From the NCBI GenBank assembly GCA_964524715.1, contig CAZGGF010000002.1, forward strand, positions 11,630 through 75,629: a stretch of DNA of 64,000 nucleotides, read 5' to 3'. Positions 1 to 10,441 of the stretch are shown here, piece after piece; within the stretch, counting starts at the first letter, position 1, and every line of letters starts with the position of its first letter. The notes beneath the pieces are model-generated. The model saw nothing but the letters and a program-made list of their open reading frames with translations. It had not been told where the DNA came from and ran no database searches. This DNA comes from an uncultured Verrucomicrobiota bacterium (GTDB taxonomy: Bacteria; Verrucomicrobiota; Verrucomicrobiia; CAIQCK01). Both the position numbers and the translations under genes were made by a program.

Positions 1-183
1 GCTTCCTACAGCGGCGCGCTGGTCACGTGGGACCAGATCCTGAACTCGGAGTTCAAGTATGGGCCGGACCTGCTCTACACCGACGCCTCCAAGATGACGT
101 GGGGCGCGTTCCGGACGTTGAAGCCGCCGATGCCCAGCAAATACAACATCTTCAAGAAGCCCGCGGAAGTTCCGGTTGCCTAA
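1..183 (+). CDS. 3' end of an upstream gene (partial, unknown product)
   Basis: Frame 1 is open from the window edge to TAA at 181-183 (…ASYSGALVTWDQILNSEFKYGPDLLYTDASKMTWGAFRTLKPPMPSKYNIFKKPAEVPVA*), followed by a terminator hairpin. Confidence 0.3.
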   Translation, partial: ASYSGALVTWDQILNSEFKYGPDLLYTDASKMTWGAFRTLKPPMPSKYNIFKKPAEVPVA

Positions 184-217
184 GCCGGTTTCCCGCCAAG
201 ATGTCGTATAAGAAGCA

Positions 218-251
218 GGGGCGGTCCGCAAGGACCGCCCCTCTTCGTTTT
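218..251 (+). terminator. Rho-independent terminator between convergent genes
   Basis: GGGGCGGTCC-GCAA-GGACCGCCCC, a perfect 10-bp stem, followed by TCTTCGTTTT. Confidence 0.6.
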
Positions 252-290
252 AGTAACTTGGATGTTTCGTTTCCTGAACCGGCGGCGCGG

Positions 291-686
291 CTACTCCTTG
301 GCTACGAAGTCCACCACGAACACGTCAGCGATTACCGGACCGAGGCTCTTGCCGAACGCCTTGTGGGCCGGATGCGGCAGGTAAGCGTCGCGGTCGGCGG
401 CATTGTTGAAGGTGAGCACGAAACAATGGGTGAAGCCCTTGGAGTGTTTCTCCGGGCTGCAGTTGGTGCCCCACTCCAGTGAGACGATTTGCGGAATCTT
501 CGTCTTCAGCGCGCAAAAGGCTTTCTCGACTTCCTTGATCTGCTCGGGCGTGGCACTTTCCTTAAACTTGAACGAGACGACGTGGCGGATTTTGCCTTGG
601 GCAGAGCAGGCGTCGGCTGCAAGAGCGGCGGGCGAGAGGACAACGAGTGAGGCGAGGGCGGCGATCAATACGAGTTTCATGGTCAA
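291..686 (-). CDS. Secreted Dabb (stress-responsive A/B-barrel) domain protein
   Basis: 131 aa. N-terminal signal peptide MKLVLIAALASLVVLSPAALA. HVVSFKFKE…IKEVEKAF…LTFNNAADRDAYLPHPAHKAF is a Dabb-like pattern. Confidence 0.6.
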   Translation of the reverse strand: MTMKLVLIAALASLVVLSPAALAADACSAQGKIRHVVSFKFKESATPEQIKEVEKAFCALKTKIPQIVSLEWGTNCSPEKHSKGFTHCFVLTFNNAADRDAYLPHPAHKAFGKSLGPVIADVFVVDFVAKE

Positions 687-869
687 TTCCTTGGGTTGAA
701 GTTTCGCGCGAGCATAGCAACCTTCGCGATTCTGACAATACGCAAGTAATTGTCACCGGCACCCGGGTGGAACGCGACTTCCAGGCGCGTTCGCATGAAC
801 GAAGGAAATCGTGCCCGGCGACCGCGATCCATTCCGCCTCACACTCCTGCAATCCGAATTACGGGCTTT

Positions 870-1991
870 TCACCGGTCTTCCAAAGTCTTGGATGGCTTC
901 GCAGTTTCTGACCGAGAGCGTGTCTGGATCTCCTTGAAGAATTTCTTGAACACCTCCCGGGTGGCTGGGTCGTTCAACACGTCGTTGAGTGAACAGACCT
1001 GAACCCTGTCACCGCCTCCGTCGAGGATGGCTTGCAGTTCCAAAGTCAATCGCTCAGGGCTTTTGACGGGATAGAGCTTTGGGCGGGTGTACACGCCGAC
1101 GAGCGCCACGCCTTCCACCTTTGGGAAATGTTTTTTCTCCTGCCCGAAAATCACGCGTGAGTAATCCCGAATCTTCTCCCGGCTCCAAAGTGGATCGAAA
1201 TACCACGCGGCTGTCTGGCCGCAATAATCCACGTTCAGCCGGTTGCCATAGAGCGGCTCCGGAAGAAAGACCGGATAGACGTGGCACGCGACTCTCGCCT
1301 CGCACCGGATGGAGCGCGCGTAATCGGCAAGGGCGTTCGTGAAATTCACGAGTGTTTCCAATGAGAACCGCTCCAGTGCCTTGTCGTGCTCAAGGCCGGA
1401 ATGCTGTTTGTGCCATTCCTCGAACGCAGCCTGGGACTTCTTGCACCGGCAGCACCGGTAATTACGGTAGCCGAAGAAATCAAACGCGATGCCCTTGAGG
1501 CCCGGCACTGCGAGCACATCCCTGATCTGCTCCTTGAAAAACTCCAGCACTGCCGGGACGTGAAAGCAGAGCATGGGTGAGGTAAGGACTTCCACGCTCT
1601 GGACAGGCTCGCCACCATACTGGTAGTTGGATTTGCCCTTGCTCTTGTCGGCTTGAATGCGCTCCAGCGCCGCGTTCTCCCGGTCATCCATTTCCTGCAA
1701 AGGAGGAGCGATGCCGCCCCGGCGTTTCGTCCATCCTTTGACGTCGCTGAGAAAAATGGAGCTGTAGATGCCGATGTTGTGCCTCTTTCCGACCTCGACA
1801 AGCTGAGCGAGATAGTCAGGGCTTTGGTTCCATGCGATGATCTCGTTGAACCCGACTTCGGCCGCTTGCGGGACAATTTCCCCGGGTTTGCCGCCACCCC
1901 AGCCGGTGAGCTGGATGAACTGCCCCTCGGCCTGCGCGGATACCAAGGCAAGAACCAGACACGCGCAACAAGCAACGCGCTTCAGCATCAT
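870..1991 (-). CDS. Secreted hypothetical protein, possibly glycoside-hydrolase-like
   Basis: 373-aa ORF with signal peptide MMLKRVACCACLVLALVSAQA. Neighbours are carbohydrate-active genes. No motif recognised with confidence. Confidence 0.45.
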   Translation of the reverse strand: MMLKRVACCACLVLALVSAQAEGQFIQLTGWGGGKPGEIVPQAAEVGFNEIIAWNQSPDYLAQLVEVGKRHNIGIYSSIFLSDVKGWTKRRGGIAPPLQEMDDRENAALERIQADKSKGKSNYQYGGEPVQSVEVLTSPMLCFHVPAVLEFFKEQIRDVLAVPGLKGIAFDFFGYRNYRCCRCKKSQAAFEEWHKQHSGLEHDKALERFSLETLVNFTNALADYARSIRCEARVACHVYPVFLPEPLYGNRLNVDYCGQTAAWYFDPLWSREKIRDYSRVIFGQEKKHFPKVEGVALVGVYTRPKLYPVKSPERLTLELQAILDGGGDRVQVCSLNDVLNDPATREVFKKFFKEIQTRSRSETAKPSKTLEDR

Positions 1992-2202
1992 GCCGGTATT
2001 CTATCCTATTCCTTCCAGAAGCCAATCCAGCATCTCAAACGCTCCAAACCGCGCTGCCGTCTCCGTCCCCTTTTGCGGTTGCGCTTCTCTGCACAAGTGT
2101 GACTGAATGATTGTGCGGACAATGCGGATGGAGATGCGTTGCGGGTTCATGCAGGGACGACAGTCCGGTTGAAGCGGTGTCGCACGGTGCCAAAGGAAAA
2201 CC

Positions 2203-3525
2203 ATGGAACAGATCGACAAGCTGTTGACGAGTATCAGCGATGTTGTTTGGGGGGTGCCTCTTCTCGTTCTGCTGTGCGGCACACACGTTTTCCTCACGAT
2301 TCGATTGGGATTCATCCAACGGTATCTGCCCCGCGCCATAAAGATTTCCTGGCAGCGAAAAAGCGAGGGAGAAGGCGATGTCAGCCAGTTCGGGGCGTTG
2401 ATGACGGCTCTCGCGGCGACGATAGGCACGGGAAACATCGTAGGCGTTGCCACAGCGGTCGCCTCCGGTGGTCCCGGGGCGGTTTTGTGGATGTGGCTTA
2501 CCGGCGTGTTCGGCATCGCGACCAAATATGCAGAGGCGCTCCTGTCGGTGAAGTACCGGATCGTCATGAAAGACGGTTCGATGGCAGGCGGCCCCATGTA
2601 TGTGCTGGAGAGAGGGATGAAATGCCGCTGGCTGGGGATTATCTTTGCCGCGCTGACTGCGGTCTCCGCGTTTGGCATCGGGAATACCGTCCAAGCCAAT
2701 TCGATCTCCACTCTTGTCAGGGATACCTTTCACATTTCACCATGGATAACCGGCATCATCATGACAGTGGCAACGGCCGCAGTCATTTTGGGTGGCATCA
2801 AATCCATTGCCCGGCTGTGCGGATATCTGGTCCCGTTCATGGCCGTTTTCTACGTGCTGGGTTGCGCGATCATCCTGGCCATGAACGCGAGCGCAATTCC
2901 TGAAACCTTGAAACTGATCGTCCAGAGTGCTTTTACCGGACAGGCTGCGGTTGGCGGCTTTCTCGGCGCTGGCGTGCGGGAAGCCATACGCTACGGAGTT
3001 GCCCGGGGGTTGTTCTCCAACGAATCCGGCCTCGGAAGCGCTCCCATCGTCGCCGCAGCAGCCCAGACAAGCAACCCGGTGCGACAGGCGCTTGTTTCTT
3101 CCACCGGCACGTTTTGGGACACGGTTGTCGTGTGCGCAATGACAGGTCTGGTCGTTGTGAATACCGGGACTTGGACCCAGGGCTTGGATGGCGCGGCTCT
3201 GACAAAAACAGCGTTCGCGACCATTCCGATCATCGGGCCGACCGTGTTGGTTCTTGGGCTCCTCACCTTTGTATTTTCGACCATTCTGGGTTGGTGTTAT
3301 TACGGCGAAAAGGCCGTGGAGTATCTCTTCGGCACGCAGGCGATCAAAGTCTACCGCTGGCTGTGGGTGGTCGCCGTCATGGTGGGATCCGTGACTTCGC
3401 TCAAATCGGTTTGGGCATTTGCTGACATCACCAACGGCTTGATGGCGGTTCCGAACCTGATCTCATTGCTGGCGCTCAACGGTGTCATTCTCGCCGAAAC
3501 GAAGAAGTACATGTCAAACACGTAG
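2203..3525 (+). CDS. Sodium:alanine (AGCS family) symporter
   Basis: 440 aa with multiple TM segments. N-terminus …FGALMTALAATIGTGNIVGVATAV… is typical of the alanine/glycine:cation symporter family. Confidence 0.8.
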   Translation: MEQIDKLLTSISDVVWGVPLLVLLCGTHVFLTIRLGFIQRYLPRAIKISWQRKSEGEGDVSQFGALMTALAATIGTGNIVGVATAVASGGPGAVLWMWLTGVFGIATKYAEALLSVKYRIVMKDGSMAGGPMYVLERGMKCRWLGIIFAALTAVSAFGIGNTVQANSISTLVRDTFHISPWITGIIMTVATAAVILGGIKSIARLCGYLVPFMAVFYVLGCAIILAMNASAIPETLKLIVQSAFTGQAAVGGFLGAGVREAIRYGVARGLFSNESGLGSAPIVAAAAQTSNPVRQALVSSTGTFWDTVVVCAMTGLVVVNTGTWTQGLDGAALTKTAFATIPIIGPTVLVLGLLTFVFSTILGWCYYGEKAVEYLFGTQAIKVYRWLWVVAVMVGSVTSLKSVWAFADITNGLMAVPNLISLLALNGVILAETKKYMSNT

Positions 3526-3553
3526 GCCCGACGGGCGATGCCCGCGGATTCCA

Positions 3554-3579
3554 TCGCGAGGCCCTCGCGACCGTTTTAT
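3554..3579 (+). terminator. Possible terminator after the symporter gene
   Basis: TCGCGAG-GCC-CTCGCGA, a 7-bp stem, then CCGTTTTA (short T tract). Confidence 0.35.
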
Positions 3580-3696
3580 GCGTTGAAGAAGAACGGCGAC
3601 GGTGATTACCTCTCCGGCGAAGTGCGCGGACATCTGAGCCCGGCATGAGCGGCCAATCGTTGCTGCCGTCAAAAGCGTTTACTGGCAAGAATCAAA

Positions 3697-5910
3697 ATGA
3701 AACACAATATTGTCCCCCTACTCTGCACATTCCTGATCTTCACCGCCTCCATGTCGAGCGCCGCGCCCCACTGGAAGATCGTTCTTCCAGACTCCCCGAC
3801 GGCAGTGGAGAACACCGCCGGCAAGGAACTCCAGTCGCATTTGCGGCAGGTGACGAACGATGATTTCCCCATCGTCTCGGAAAAGGACGTCACTAGGAAT
3901 GCCAAGTCTCTGATTCTTGTCGGCAAGACGTCGCAATCACCGCAAAGAGATTTCGCGTTCGATGAGATCCTGATCCAGTCGAAAGATGGGAACCTGATCC
4001 TCACCGGGCATCCCCGGCGCGGCGCGCTCTATGCCGTGTACTCCTTCCTTCAGGATGTCGTCGGCGTGCGATGGTGGACACCGGAGGAAACGTTCATCCC
4101 GAAGAAGGAATCACTCAAGATTCCGGACGATTTGAACATTTCCTACGCGCCAAAGATGATCTCCCGTGAAATGTATCATCGTTGGGTGCAATCCGGCGTT
4201 TTCTCGGCGCGAATGAAGGGAAACGGCAACATCCCTGCGGAATACGGCGGCAAAGTGAGCATCATCCACTTCGTGCACTCGTTCTACAAAATCATCCCGC
4301 CGGAAAAATATTTCGACAAACATCCCGAGTGGTTCAGTGAAATCAAGGGGAAGCGGACGAGCGATCACGCCCAGCTCTGTTTGACGAATGACGAACTGTG
4401 CAAGGAAGTGACGAGCAACGTGCTCGCGACATTACGCAAGAATCCCGATGCGCGCTTCATCGACATCAGCCAGAACGACTGGCGCAAAAACTGTACCTGC
4501 GAGAAGTGCAAGGCATTGGACGAAAAGGAAGGCTCCCCCGCCGGCTCACTCGTGCATTTTCTGAACAAAGTCGCGGCAGAGGTGGAGAAGGAATTCCCGG
4601 ACGTGCTGGTCGAATCGCTCGCGTATCAGTACACGCGGAAACCGCCAAAATTCGTGAAGCCGCGGGACAACGTGCTCATCCGCCTCTGCACGATTGAATG
4701 CTCTTATATCCAGCCTCTCACAGGTGAACAGAACAAGAAGTTCGCCGAGGACATGGAAGGATGGAGCAAGATCGCGAAGCATCTGTTCATCTGGGATTAC
4801 GTCACGAACTACACCGACTACATCGGCCCCCATCCGAACCTTCGAGTGCTTGCGCCCAACGTGCGCTACTTCGTCAAGAATGGCGCGGTGGGGCTGTTTG
4901 AGGAGGGCGAAGGAGACGACTTTGCCGACATGCGAAACTGGGTGTTGATGCGGCTGATGTGGGACCCATCGCTCGATGAAAACAAACTGTTTTACGATTT
5001 CTGTGAGGGATACTACGGGAAGGAAATTGCCCCGTTCATTCACGAGTACTGGGACGTGCTGATCAACCAGGCGGAGAAGACCAAAATATACCTGGGATGT
5101 TTCAGGATGACGTCCGAGCAATGGATTGATCTCGAAACGCTCAGCCGCGTCACGGGCATCATGAACAATGCCGTCCAGAAATCGCGCGAGGTCTATGGCG
5201 ACCGTTCCGCCGAGTTGCGACGCCTGCGCAAGGCGAAAATGGCGATCGATCATGTCTGGCTTTCGCGTTACTACCCGCTGCGATGCGAATCGCGCGAGAA
5301 ACACGTTCCCTTCCTTGGCCCGAAAGACCCGTTGAAAGCCGTGACGGAATTTGTCGAGCTATGCCACAGCAACAAAACAAAATCGCACAACATCTCGGAC
5401 AAGACCGCGAAGGAGTTTGAGACGTATTTGAGCAATCTGTCGAAGATGTTCACGTCGCGGAAGTATCCGCCTGAAATGTGCAAGGACATTCCCGAAGACA
5501 CATGGATTGTTTTCGACGACGCGTTATTCAGCAACTACAAGGATGCCGCAACACGCGTCGAAGACGCCAACGCCTCGGATGGATGGACGACGCGAATGAC
5601 GACGAAAGTTGACTGGAACACCGGATACAGACCGGCCGTCACGGGCAAATTCCATGTTTACGCCAGCATGCGATGCGACGCGACCATCGACACGGGCAAA
5701 GCCGGTTCGCTCGGCGTGTACAATTTCAAGAACAAGCGCGGGCTCGTCAGCAAACCGCTCAAAGTCGAGAATCTCAAGGGAGACAAGTATCGCTGGATTG
5801 ACCTCGGCGTCGTTGATTTCTCTGCGGGCGCGGGAATCTGGTTCGCACACGGACACGTTCCCGAAGTGCAGGCGCTGTATGTCGACCGCGTGGTGCTAAT
5901 CGCGAAGTAG
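3697..5910 (+). CDS. Secreted DUF4838-family protein (glycoside-hydrolase-like)
   Basis: 737 aa with signal peptide. CTCEKCKALDEKEG…SLAYQYT and IWDYVTNYTDYIGPHPN resemble DUF4838 proteins of polysaccharide-utilisation loci. Confidence 0.55.
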   Translation: MKHNIVPLLCTFLIFTASMSSAAPHWKIVLPDSPTAVENTAGKELQSHLRQVTNDDFPIVSEKDVTRNAKSLILVGKTSQSPQRDFAFDEILIQSKDGNLILTGHPRRGALYAVYSFLQDVVGVRWWTPEETFIPKKESLKIPDDLNISYAPKMISREMYHRWVQSGVFSARMKGNGNIPAEYGGKVSIIHFVHSFYKIIPPEKYFDKHPEWFSEIKGKRTSDHAQLCLTNDELCKEVTSNVLATLRKNPDARFIDISQNDWRKNCTCEKCKALDEKEGSPAGSLVHFLNKVAAEVEKEFPDVLVESLAYQYTRKPPKFVKPRDNVLIRLCTIECSYIQPLTGEQNKKFAEDMEGWSKIAKHLFIWDYVTNYTDYIGPHPNLRVLAPNVRYFVKNGAVGLFEEGEGDDFADMRNWVLMRLMWDPSLDENKLFYDFCEGYYGKEIAPFIHEYWDVLINQAEKTKIYLGCFRMTSEQWIDLETLSRVTGIMNNAVQKSREVYGDRSAELRRLRKAKMAIDHVWLSRYYPLRCESREKHVPFLGPKDPLKAVTEFVELCHSNKTKSHNISDKTAKEFETYLSNLSKMFTSRKYPPEMCKDIPEDTWIVFDDALFSNYKDAATRVEDANASDGWTTRMTTKVDWNTGYRPAVTGKFHVYASMRCDATIDTGKAGSLGVYNFKNKRGLVSKPLKVENLKGDKYRWIDLGVVDFSAGAGIWFAHGHVPEVQALYVDRVVLIAK

Positions 5911-6023
5911 TGTTCTCTGCGAGCCGGTGTAAACAAGAACTGCGCTGGCGTTTGGCGCGCTCTTCAGATCGTCCGAAGACGGGTGCCGGCCTGCGAACCG
6001 GCTGCCTCATCCACGAGCTGGCA

Positions 6024-7403
6024 TCAATTGTGGAAAACCGTCACCGAGCGGAAGATATCCAAAAGACGTTTGTCGCCAGTCGTGTTCTTGGTGGTTCCGT
6101 AATGCCCGGTCTTCGGATTGGTGCTCATGAACTTCCTCGTCGTCGCGGGCAGCGCGTTGTAGAAGGCAAAAACGCTGCTCGGAGTGCAAAGCTCATCCGC
6201 AAAACCCGTGCAGACGTAAATGTCACATTTGATGCGAGGAGCAAAGTTCACTCCATCGTGATACGCGAGTGTGCGCGCACGGCGGAGATCCGCCTCAATG
6301 CGCGCGATGGATTCCTTGCCGTGGTAGAGGGCCGCCGCATCACGCCCCTGCTTGTAGCCGTTGTATTCGCAACTGGCCGGCACGCTCGCCACCGCCACTG
6401 TCACATCACGATCCAACGCAGCCGCCGCAATCGTCTGGATGCCGCCCAAACTGCCACCGCGCACGATCAGTTCCCTGCCATTCCATTCCGGACGGCTCTT
6501 GACGAAATCAAGCGCGCGCATCACCCGGAAGAACATGTCGTGACCGAACCAGGTATCGCGATCCGTGTCACCGGCCCTCCCTCCTTCCTCATACCAGGTG
6601 CGGGACATCTGTTCGTATTCCTTGTCCGTCTTGCCGGTCGGCAAACCGTGCCAACTGGCATACAAGGAGAGAACACCTTTGGATGCTGTCTCAATCGCAG
6701 TCTTTGGGGATGCGTCCTTCCACACCATGCTCAGATAGTCCACGCAGGCAGGCAGACTCTTTGGCCTTGCGTTCACGGGAACGGCCAGATAACCCGTCAC
6801 TGGAGTGCGGCCAAGGCATTTGATCTCGACGGCGTAACACCTGACCTTGCCCTGAAAAGCCTTGGGGACATCGATCTCGGCCAGCTTCGGATCGAGCGGC
6901 ACCTGGTTGAGCTTGGCGCGGCAGGCATCCCAATAGGCGTCGAAATCCGGGGGGCGGGAATCAAGCGCCTTGATCTTGTCGGCATCGTACATGGCGCCAA
7001 TTTCGCCCACGATGCTGGGTTTCATCTTGTGTCTGCAAAACCCCTCACCCTTGAGCGGCTGGCCATCCTTGCCAAGGATCTCGAACCCGAAGAAAAGCCA
7101 CCCTGGACGGTCCATCGACGCTTTGATCGTCACAGCCTTGCCGTCACAAGCAAACTCATCCCGTCTCAAGATATCGCGCTCACGTTTCACGGTGCAGCGC
7201 AGTTTTTCCCCCACGGCAGGCTTGCCATCCTTCATCAGGGTCGCGGTGCACACCGTCTCTTCGCCCACCTTATAGAATCCATCGGCCTTGTCCAGGCTGA
7301 CGTCCAGAGAGTAGCCGGCGAATGCGGCTGACGCCATTGCCAGGAATCCAATGATCAACATTCCGGATTTTATGAGGGTGGTTTTCATTTGGGCTCGAAA
7401 CAC
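6024..7403 (-). CDS. Acetylxylan esterase / cephalosporin-C deacetylase-like (CE7) alpha/beta hydrolase
   Basis: 459 aa with signal peptide. GGSLGG nucleophile elbow (IVRGGSLGGIQTIAAAA) and AXE1-like surrounding sequence. Confidence 0.65.
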   Translation of the reverse strand: MFRAQMKTTLIKSGMLIIGFLAMASAAFAGYSLDVSLDKADGFYKVGEETVCTATLMKDGKPAVGEKLRCTVKRERDILRRDEFACDGKAVTIKASMDRPGWLFFGFEILGKDGQPLKGEGFCRHKMKPSIVGEIGAMYDADKIKALDSRPPDFDAYWDACRAKLNQVPLDPKLAEIDVPKAFQGKVRCYAVEIKCLGRTPVTGYLAVPVNARPKSLPACVDYLSMVWKDASPKTAIETASKGVLSLYASWHGLPTGKTDKEYEQMSRTWYEEGGRAGDTDRDTWFGHDMFFRVMRALDFVKSRPEWNGRELIVRGGSLGGIQTIAAAALDRDVTVAVASVPASCEYNGYKQGRDAAALYHGKESIARIEADLRRARTLAYHDGVNFAPRIKCDIYVCTGFADELCTPSSVFAFYNALPATTRKFMSTNPKTGHYGTTKNTTGDKRLLDIFRSVTVFHN

Positions 7404-7699
7404 GTGTGCGTGAGATTTGTGGTCAGGTCTGCCTGCGATGCATCGTAGGCCGGTCTAAAGGCCGGTCAAGGTCAAATCCCGCTTGTCGTCAGCAAACGCA
7501 TACCGGGTTCGGAAGGCGGATCTTCGGGCGTTATCCGATTCGGCGAGACACGCGAGCCGGGTTTTCTGTTGCGGGTTTGTGACAGGTCGTTACAGTGCGT
7601 TTGTCCGAGAAGAGCCATGGCCACACTGGCTGGAAACACGAAGCTGCAAAGCCACCGTCATGGCAGCAAAAACAGATGTTTCAACAAAGGAGCGCAGAT

Positions 7700-8620
7700 A
7701 TGAATCGTCGTGAGTTCTTGAAAACGGCATCAACACTGGTCGGATTGAGCGCATTGCCGCCAGGAAGCTCGTTTTCTTGTGCCGCAGAGGTGAAGTATCC
7801 CGCCTACGAGAACAATCTGCAGGATCGTCTTTGGATGTGGGGCCATGATCCGGGGGCTTACGATGGGCCCAAAGGAGTTTACAACATTCCGTTGAGCGCA
7901 CCGATGAGCATGGCGGAAGGCATCAAATCGATGGGAATCCCGAATGTCTGCGTGATCCGCGGCGGCACCCCGAAGGAGGAGTACCGCAAGCAGTTCAAGG
8001 ATGTGAAGCGAATCGCCTGGAACATGTCCGGCGGGTCCAACAAGTCCTATCATGCATTGAAAGACTATGTGTTTGGCTTGCGGGACACGACGCCGAATCT
8101 CACCGGCTATTATCTCGATGACTTCTTCCGTTTTGGCGACAAGCCGAAGTTCAACAAGAACTCCGAGACCGAGGCGGCTCCCGCCGCTCTTTCCCTGGAT
8201 GAAATGAAACAACTCCATGAAGAGACGGTCGCCTACAAACGCCGTCTTGACCTCGCGATTGTTTTGTATACCCACCAGCTATATCCGGCGATCAAGCCGG
8301 TCATGAAGTACGCCGATGTCGTTTCGCTCTGGATATGGAGCGGCAGCGACATTCAGAAGATTGATGCCAATTTCAAGAAGTACCGTTCCCTGGTTCCGGA
8401 CAAACCGACGCTTCTCGGCATTTACATGTGGGACTTTGGCGGCAAGAAGGAATTGAGCAAGGACTTCATGGTCAAACAGCTTGATTATGCCCACAGGCTC
8501 TACAAGGAAGGGCAAATCGAAGGTCTGATTTTCCACTGCACACCGCTTTGCAACAAGGGGCTCGCGGCCGTCGATTATGCCAGGGAATGGATCGCCCGGC
8601 ATGGCAAGGAAGGCCGGTAG
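7700..8620 (+). CDS. Secreted hypothetical protein (Tat-type signal)
   Basis: MNRREFLKTASTLVGLSALP twin-arginine-like leader, in frame with the longer ORF 7595-8620. Function unknown. Confidence 0.5.
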   Translation: MNRREFLKTASTLVGLSALPPGSSFSCAAEVKYPAYENNLQDRLWMWGHDPGAYDGPKGVYNIPLSAPMSMAEGIKSMGIPNVCVIRGGTPKEEYRKQFKDVKRIAWNMSGGSNKSYHALKDYVFGLRDTTPNLTGYYLDDFFRFGDKPKFNKNSETEAAPAALSLDEMKQLHEETVAYKRRLDLAIVLYTHQLYPAIKPVMKYADVVSLWIWSGSDIQKIDANFKKYRSLVPDKPTLLGIYMWDFGGKKELSKDFMVKQLDYAHRLYKEGQIEGLIFHCTPLCNKGLAAVDYAREWIARHGKEGR

Positions 8621-8715
8621 AAACGTTGTTCGAGCGCGATTTGACCCTGTGATGGATGGAGCCAGTGGCCCCGCCCCCGGCAGATGCCGTTGATGATTCA
8701 GGCAACCGTTGTGCG

Positions 8716-9747
8716 TTAACGGCGTTGGACGGAAGCGCGGTGCGCTTCTGCGAACTTGATGATCTGGTTCATCATCTCCACGCACTGGACCGGATAAAGG
8801 CCTGAGGCGGATTCGGCGGAGAGCATCACGTGATCCGTGCCGTCCAGGATCGCGTTGGCCACATCGCACACTTCGGCGCGGGTCGGGATCGGATGTTCAG
8901 TCATGCTTTCGAGCATCTGCGTCGCAGTGATCACGAACTTCTTCGCCCGGTTGCATTTGCCGATGATTCTCTTTTGGACGAACGGTACCTCGTAGACGGG
9001 AATGGAGATTCCCATATCCCCGCGTGCCACCATGATGCCCTCGCAGACGGATATGATTTCGTCAATGTTCCGGATCCCTTCCCGGTTCTCGATTTTGGCG
9101 ACGACACCGCAGGAGTGCGCGTGCCCTTTCAAATAGTCCCGCAAGTCGAGAATATCCTGCCTGTCTCGGACGAAGGACTGCGCGATGTAATCCACCTCGT
9201 GCTCAACGCAGAACCGGATGTCCTCCTTGTCCTTGTCCGTCAGTCCCTGGACGTCCAGTTTTACGCCAGGAATGTTGATCCCCTTGTGTTCCTTGATGGC
9301 GCCGCCGACAACCACACGGGTCTTGAGTTCCTTTTCGCTCCGGGTTTCGACCACAAGCGCGATGTTGCCGTCGTCGATGTAGACATGCTGTCCCGGCTTG
9401 ATCGGCTTGAGAGACCCCGCCCAATCGAACGGAATCCGATCGCCTTCCCCTTGAATGCTCTCGGTTGTGAGCCACAGTTCCTGCCGTTTCTTCACCAGGA
9501 CTGGTTTCTTGTCCTTGAGCCCGCCGATCCGCATGCGATACCCCTCCAAGTCGCCCAGGATGCGAATGTGCCGGCGGTATTTCTTGTTCAGATCCCTCAC
9601 CATGCGAATCTTCTCGAGGTGCTCATCGAGTGTCCCGTGAGAAAAATTGAGCCGGGCCACATCCATCCCGGCGCGCATCATCTGCCGAAGGACACCCTCC
9701 CTGGCCGACGCGGGACCCAGCGTGCAGACTATCTTTGTCTTCGTCAT
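8716..9747 (-). CDS. pyk: Pyruvate kinase family protein (short form, no C-terminal regulatory domain)
   Basis: [14 protein letters not shown]…ARLNFSHG…, [12 protein letters not shown] and TQMLESM are pyruvate kinase barrel motifs. Only 343 aa. Confidence 0.7.
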   Translation of the reverse strand: MTKTKIVCTLGPASAREGVLRQMMRAGMDVARLNFSHGTLDEHLEKIRMVRDLNKKYRRHIRILGDLEGYRMRIGGLKDKKPVLVKKRQELWLTTESIQGEGDRIPFDWAGSLKPIKPGQHVYIDDGNIALVVETRSEKELKTRVVVGGAIKEHKGINIPGVKLDVQGLTDKDKEDIRFCVEHEVDYIAQSFVRDRQDILDLRDYLKGHAHSCGVVAKIENREGIRNIDEIISVCEGIMVARGDMGISIPVYEVPFVQKRIIGKCNRAKKFVITATQMLESMTEHPIPTRAEVCDVANAILDGTDHVMLSAESASGLYPVQCVEMMNQIIKFAEAHRASVQRR

Positions 9748-9756
9748 GGGAAAAAC

Positions 9757-10311
9757 CTACAGGTATTGGATCAACTGGAAATACTGTTTATTTGCTTTGA
9801 TGGGTATCGTCTGCCTGTGACCGATGGTCTTCGATTCGAGTCCAATGTTGATCATGGCATGTGCACCTTTGGTTTTCGCGATATAGATGACCGTGGCAAC
9901 AGCCTCCAGATACTTTTTGGAGGCTGTTTCGGTGCCGTCCTCGATCCACTCAAACTGGATGCCGCACAACACATGGTATTTTCGTTCGGGAGCTCCTCCG
10001 CTCCATATAGGTATTCCGTGCGATTCCTCCACCATCCCTCCCCGGCCCCGGCACACAGAGGGACCGCGGTACGTCATTTCAGTGATATCCGTGTAGCTTC
10101 TGCAACTGGTGCAAAAGACCGAAAGAACCGCGATGGTGATTGTGACGATATTCTTCACAAAATGGTGGCTTAAAACATTGGAAACAGGCCGATGCTCAGG
10201 AAACAGCCCTCGTTGAAACATCACCGGGAAAACCGCTTCCCGGCCTGCTCGGTCTGCCTCACAAAATGCGCGACTGCTCCGTTGCTCTCGGCTGCCACAA
10301 CTGCTTGCCAT
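9757..10311 (-). CDS. Hypothetical lipoprotein, possibly YbjQ/DUF74-like
   Basis: Hydrophobic N-terminal region (IVTITIAVLSVFCTSC). C-terminal part weakly resembles the YbjQ heavy-metal-binding fold. Start codon uncertain. Confidence 0.3.
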   Translation of the reverse strand: MASSCGSREQRSSRAFCEADRAGREAVFPVMFQRGLFPEHRPVSNVLSHHFVKNIVTITIAVLSVFCTSCRSYTDITEMTYRGPSVCRGRGGMVEESHGIPIWSGGAPERKYHVLCGIQFEWIEDGTETASKKYLEAVATVIYIAKTKGAHAMINIGLESKTIGHRQTIPIKANKQYFQLIQYL

Positions 10312-10441
10312 CGTTTGAACGCAATGTCGAGTTCAAACGTCCTTCTGCCAATGAGCTTGACAGCTGTTTCGCTGCCCGGCAGCTTTCAACGCCATTGGCT
10401 GCTGCTTTCGACCCTGTCTCTTGCTTGAAACTTTTTGACCC

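Noticed and set aside
2001-2733. Two long minus-strand ORFs of 236 and 232 aa, antisense to the symporter gene
   Set aside because: They overlap the well-supported AGCS symporter CDS entirely. Their composition is typical of GC-rich antisense frames, and neither carries a recognisable motif.
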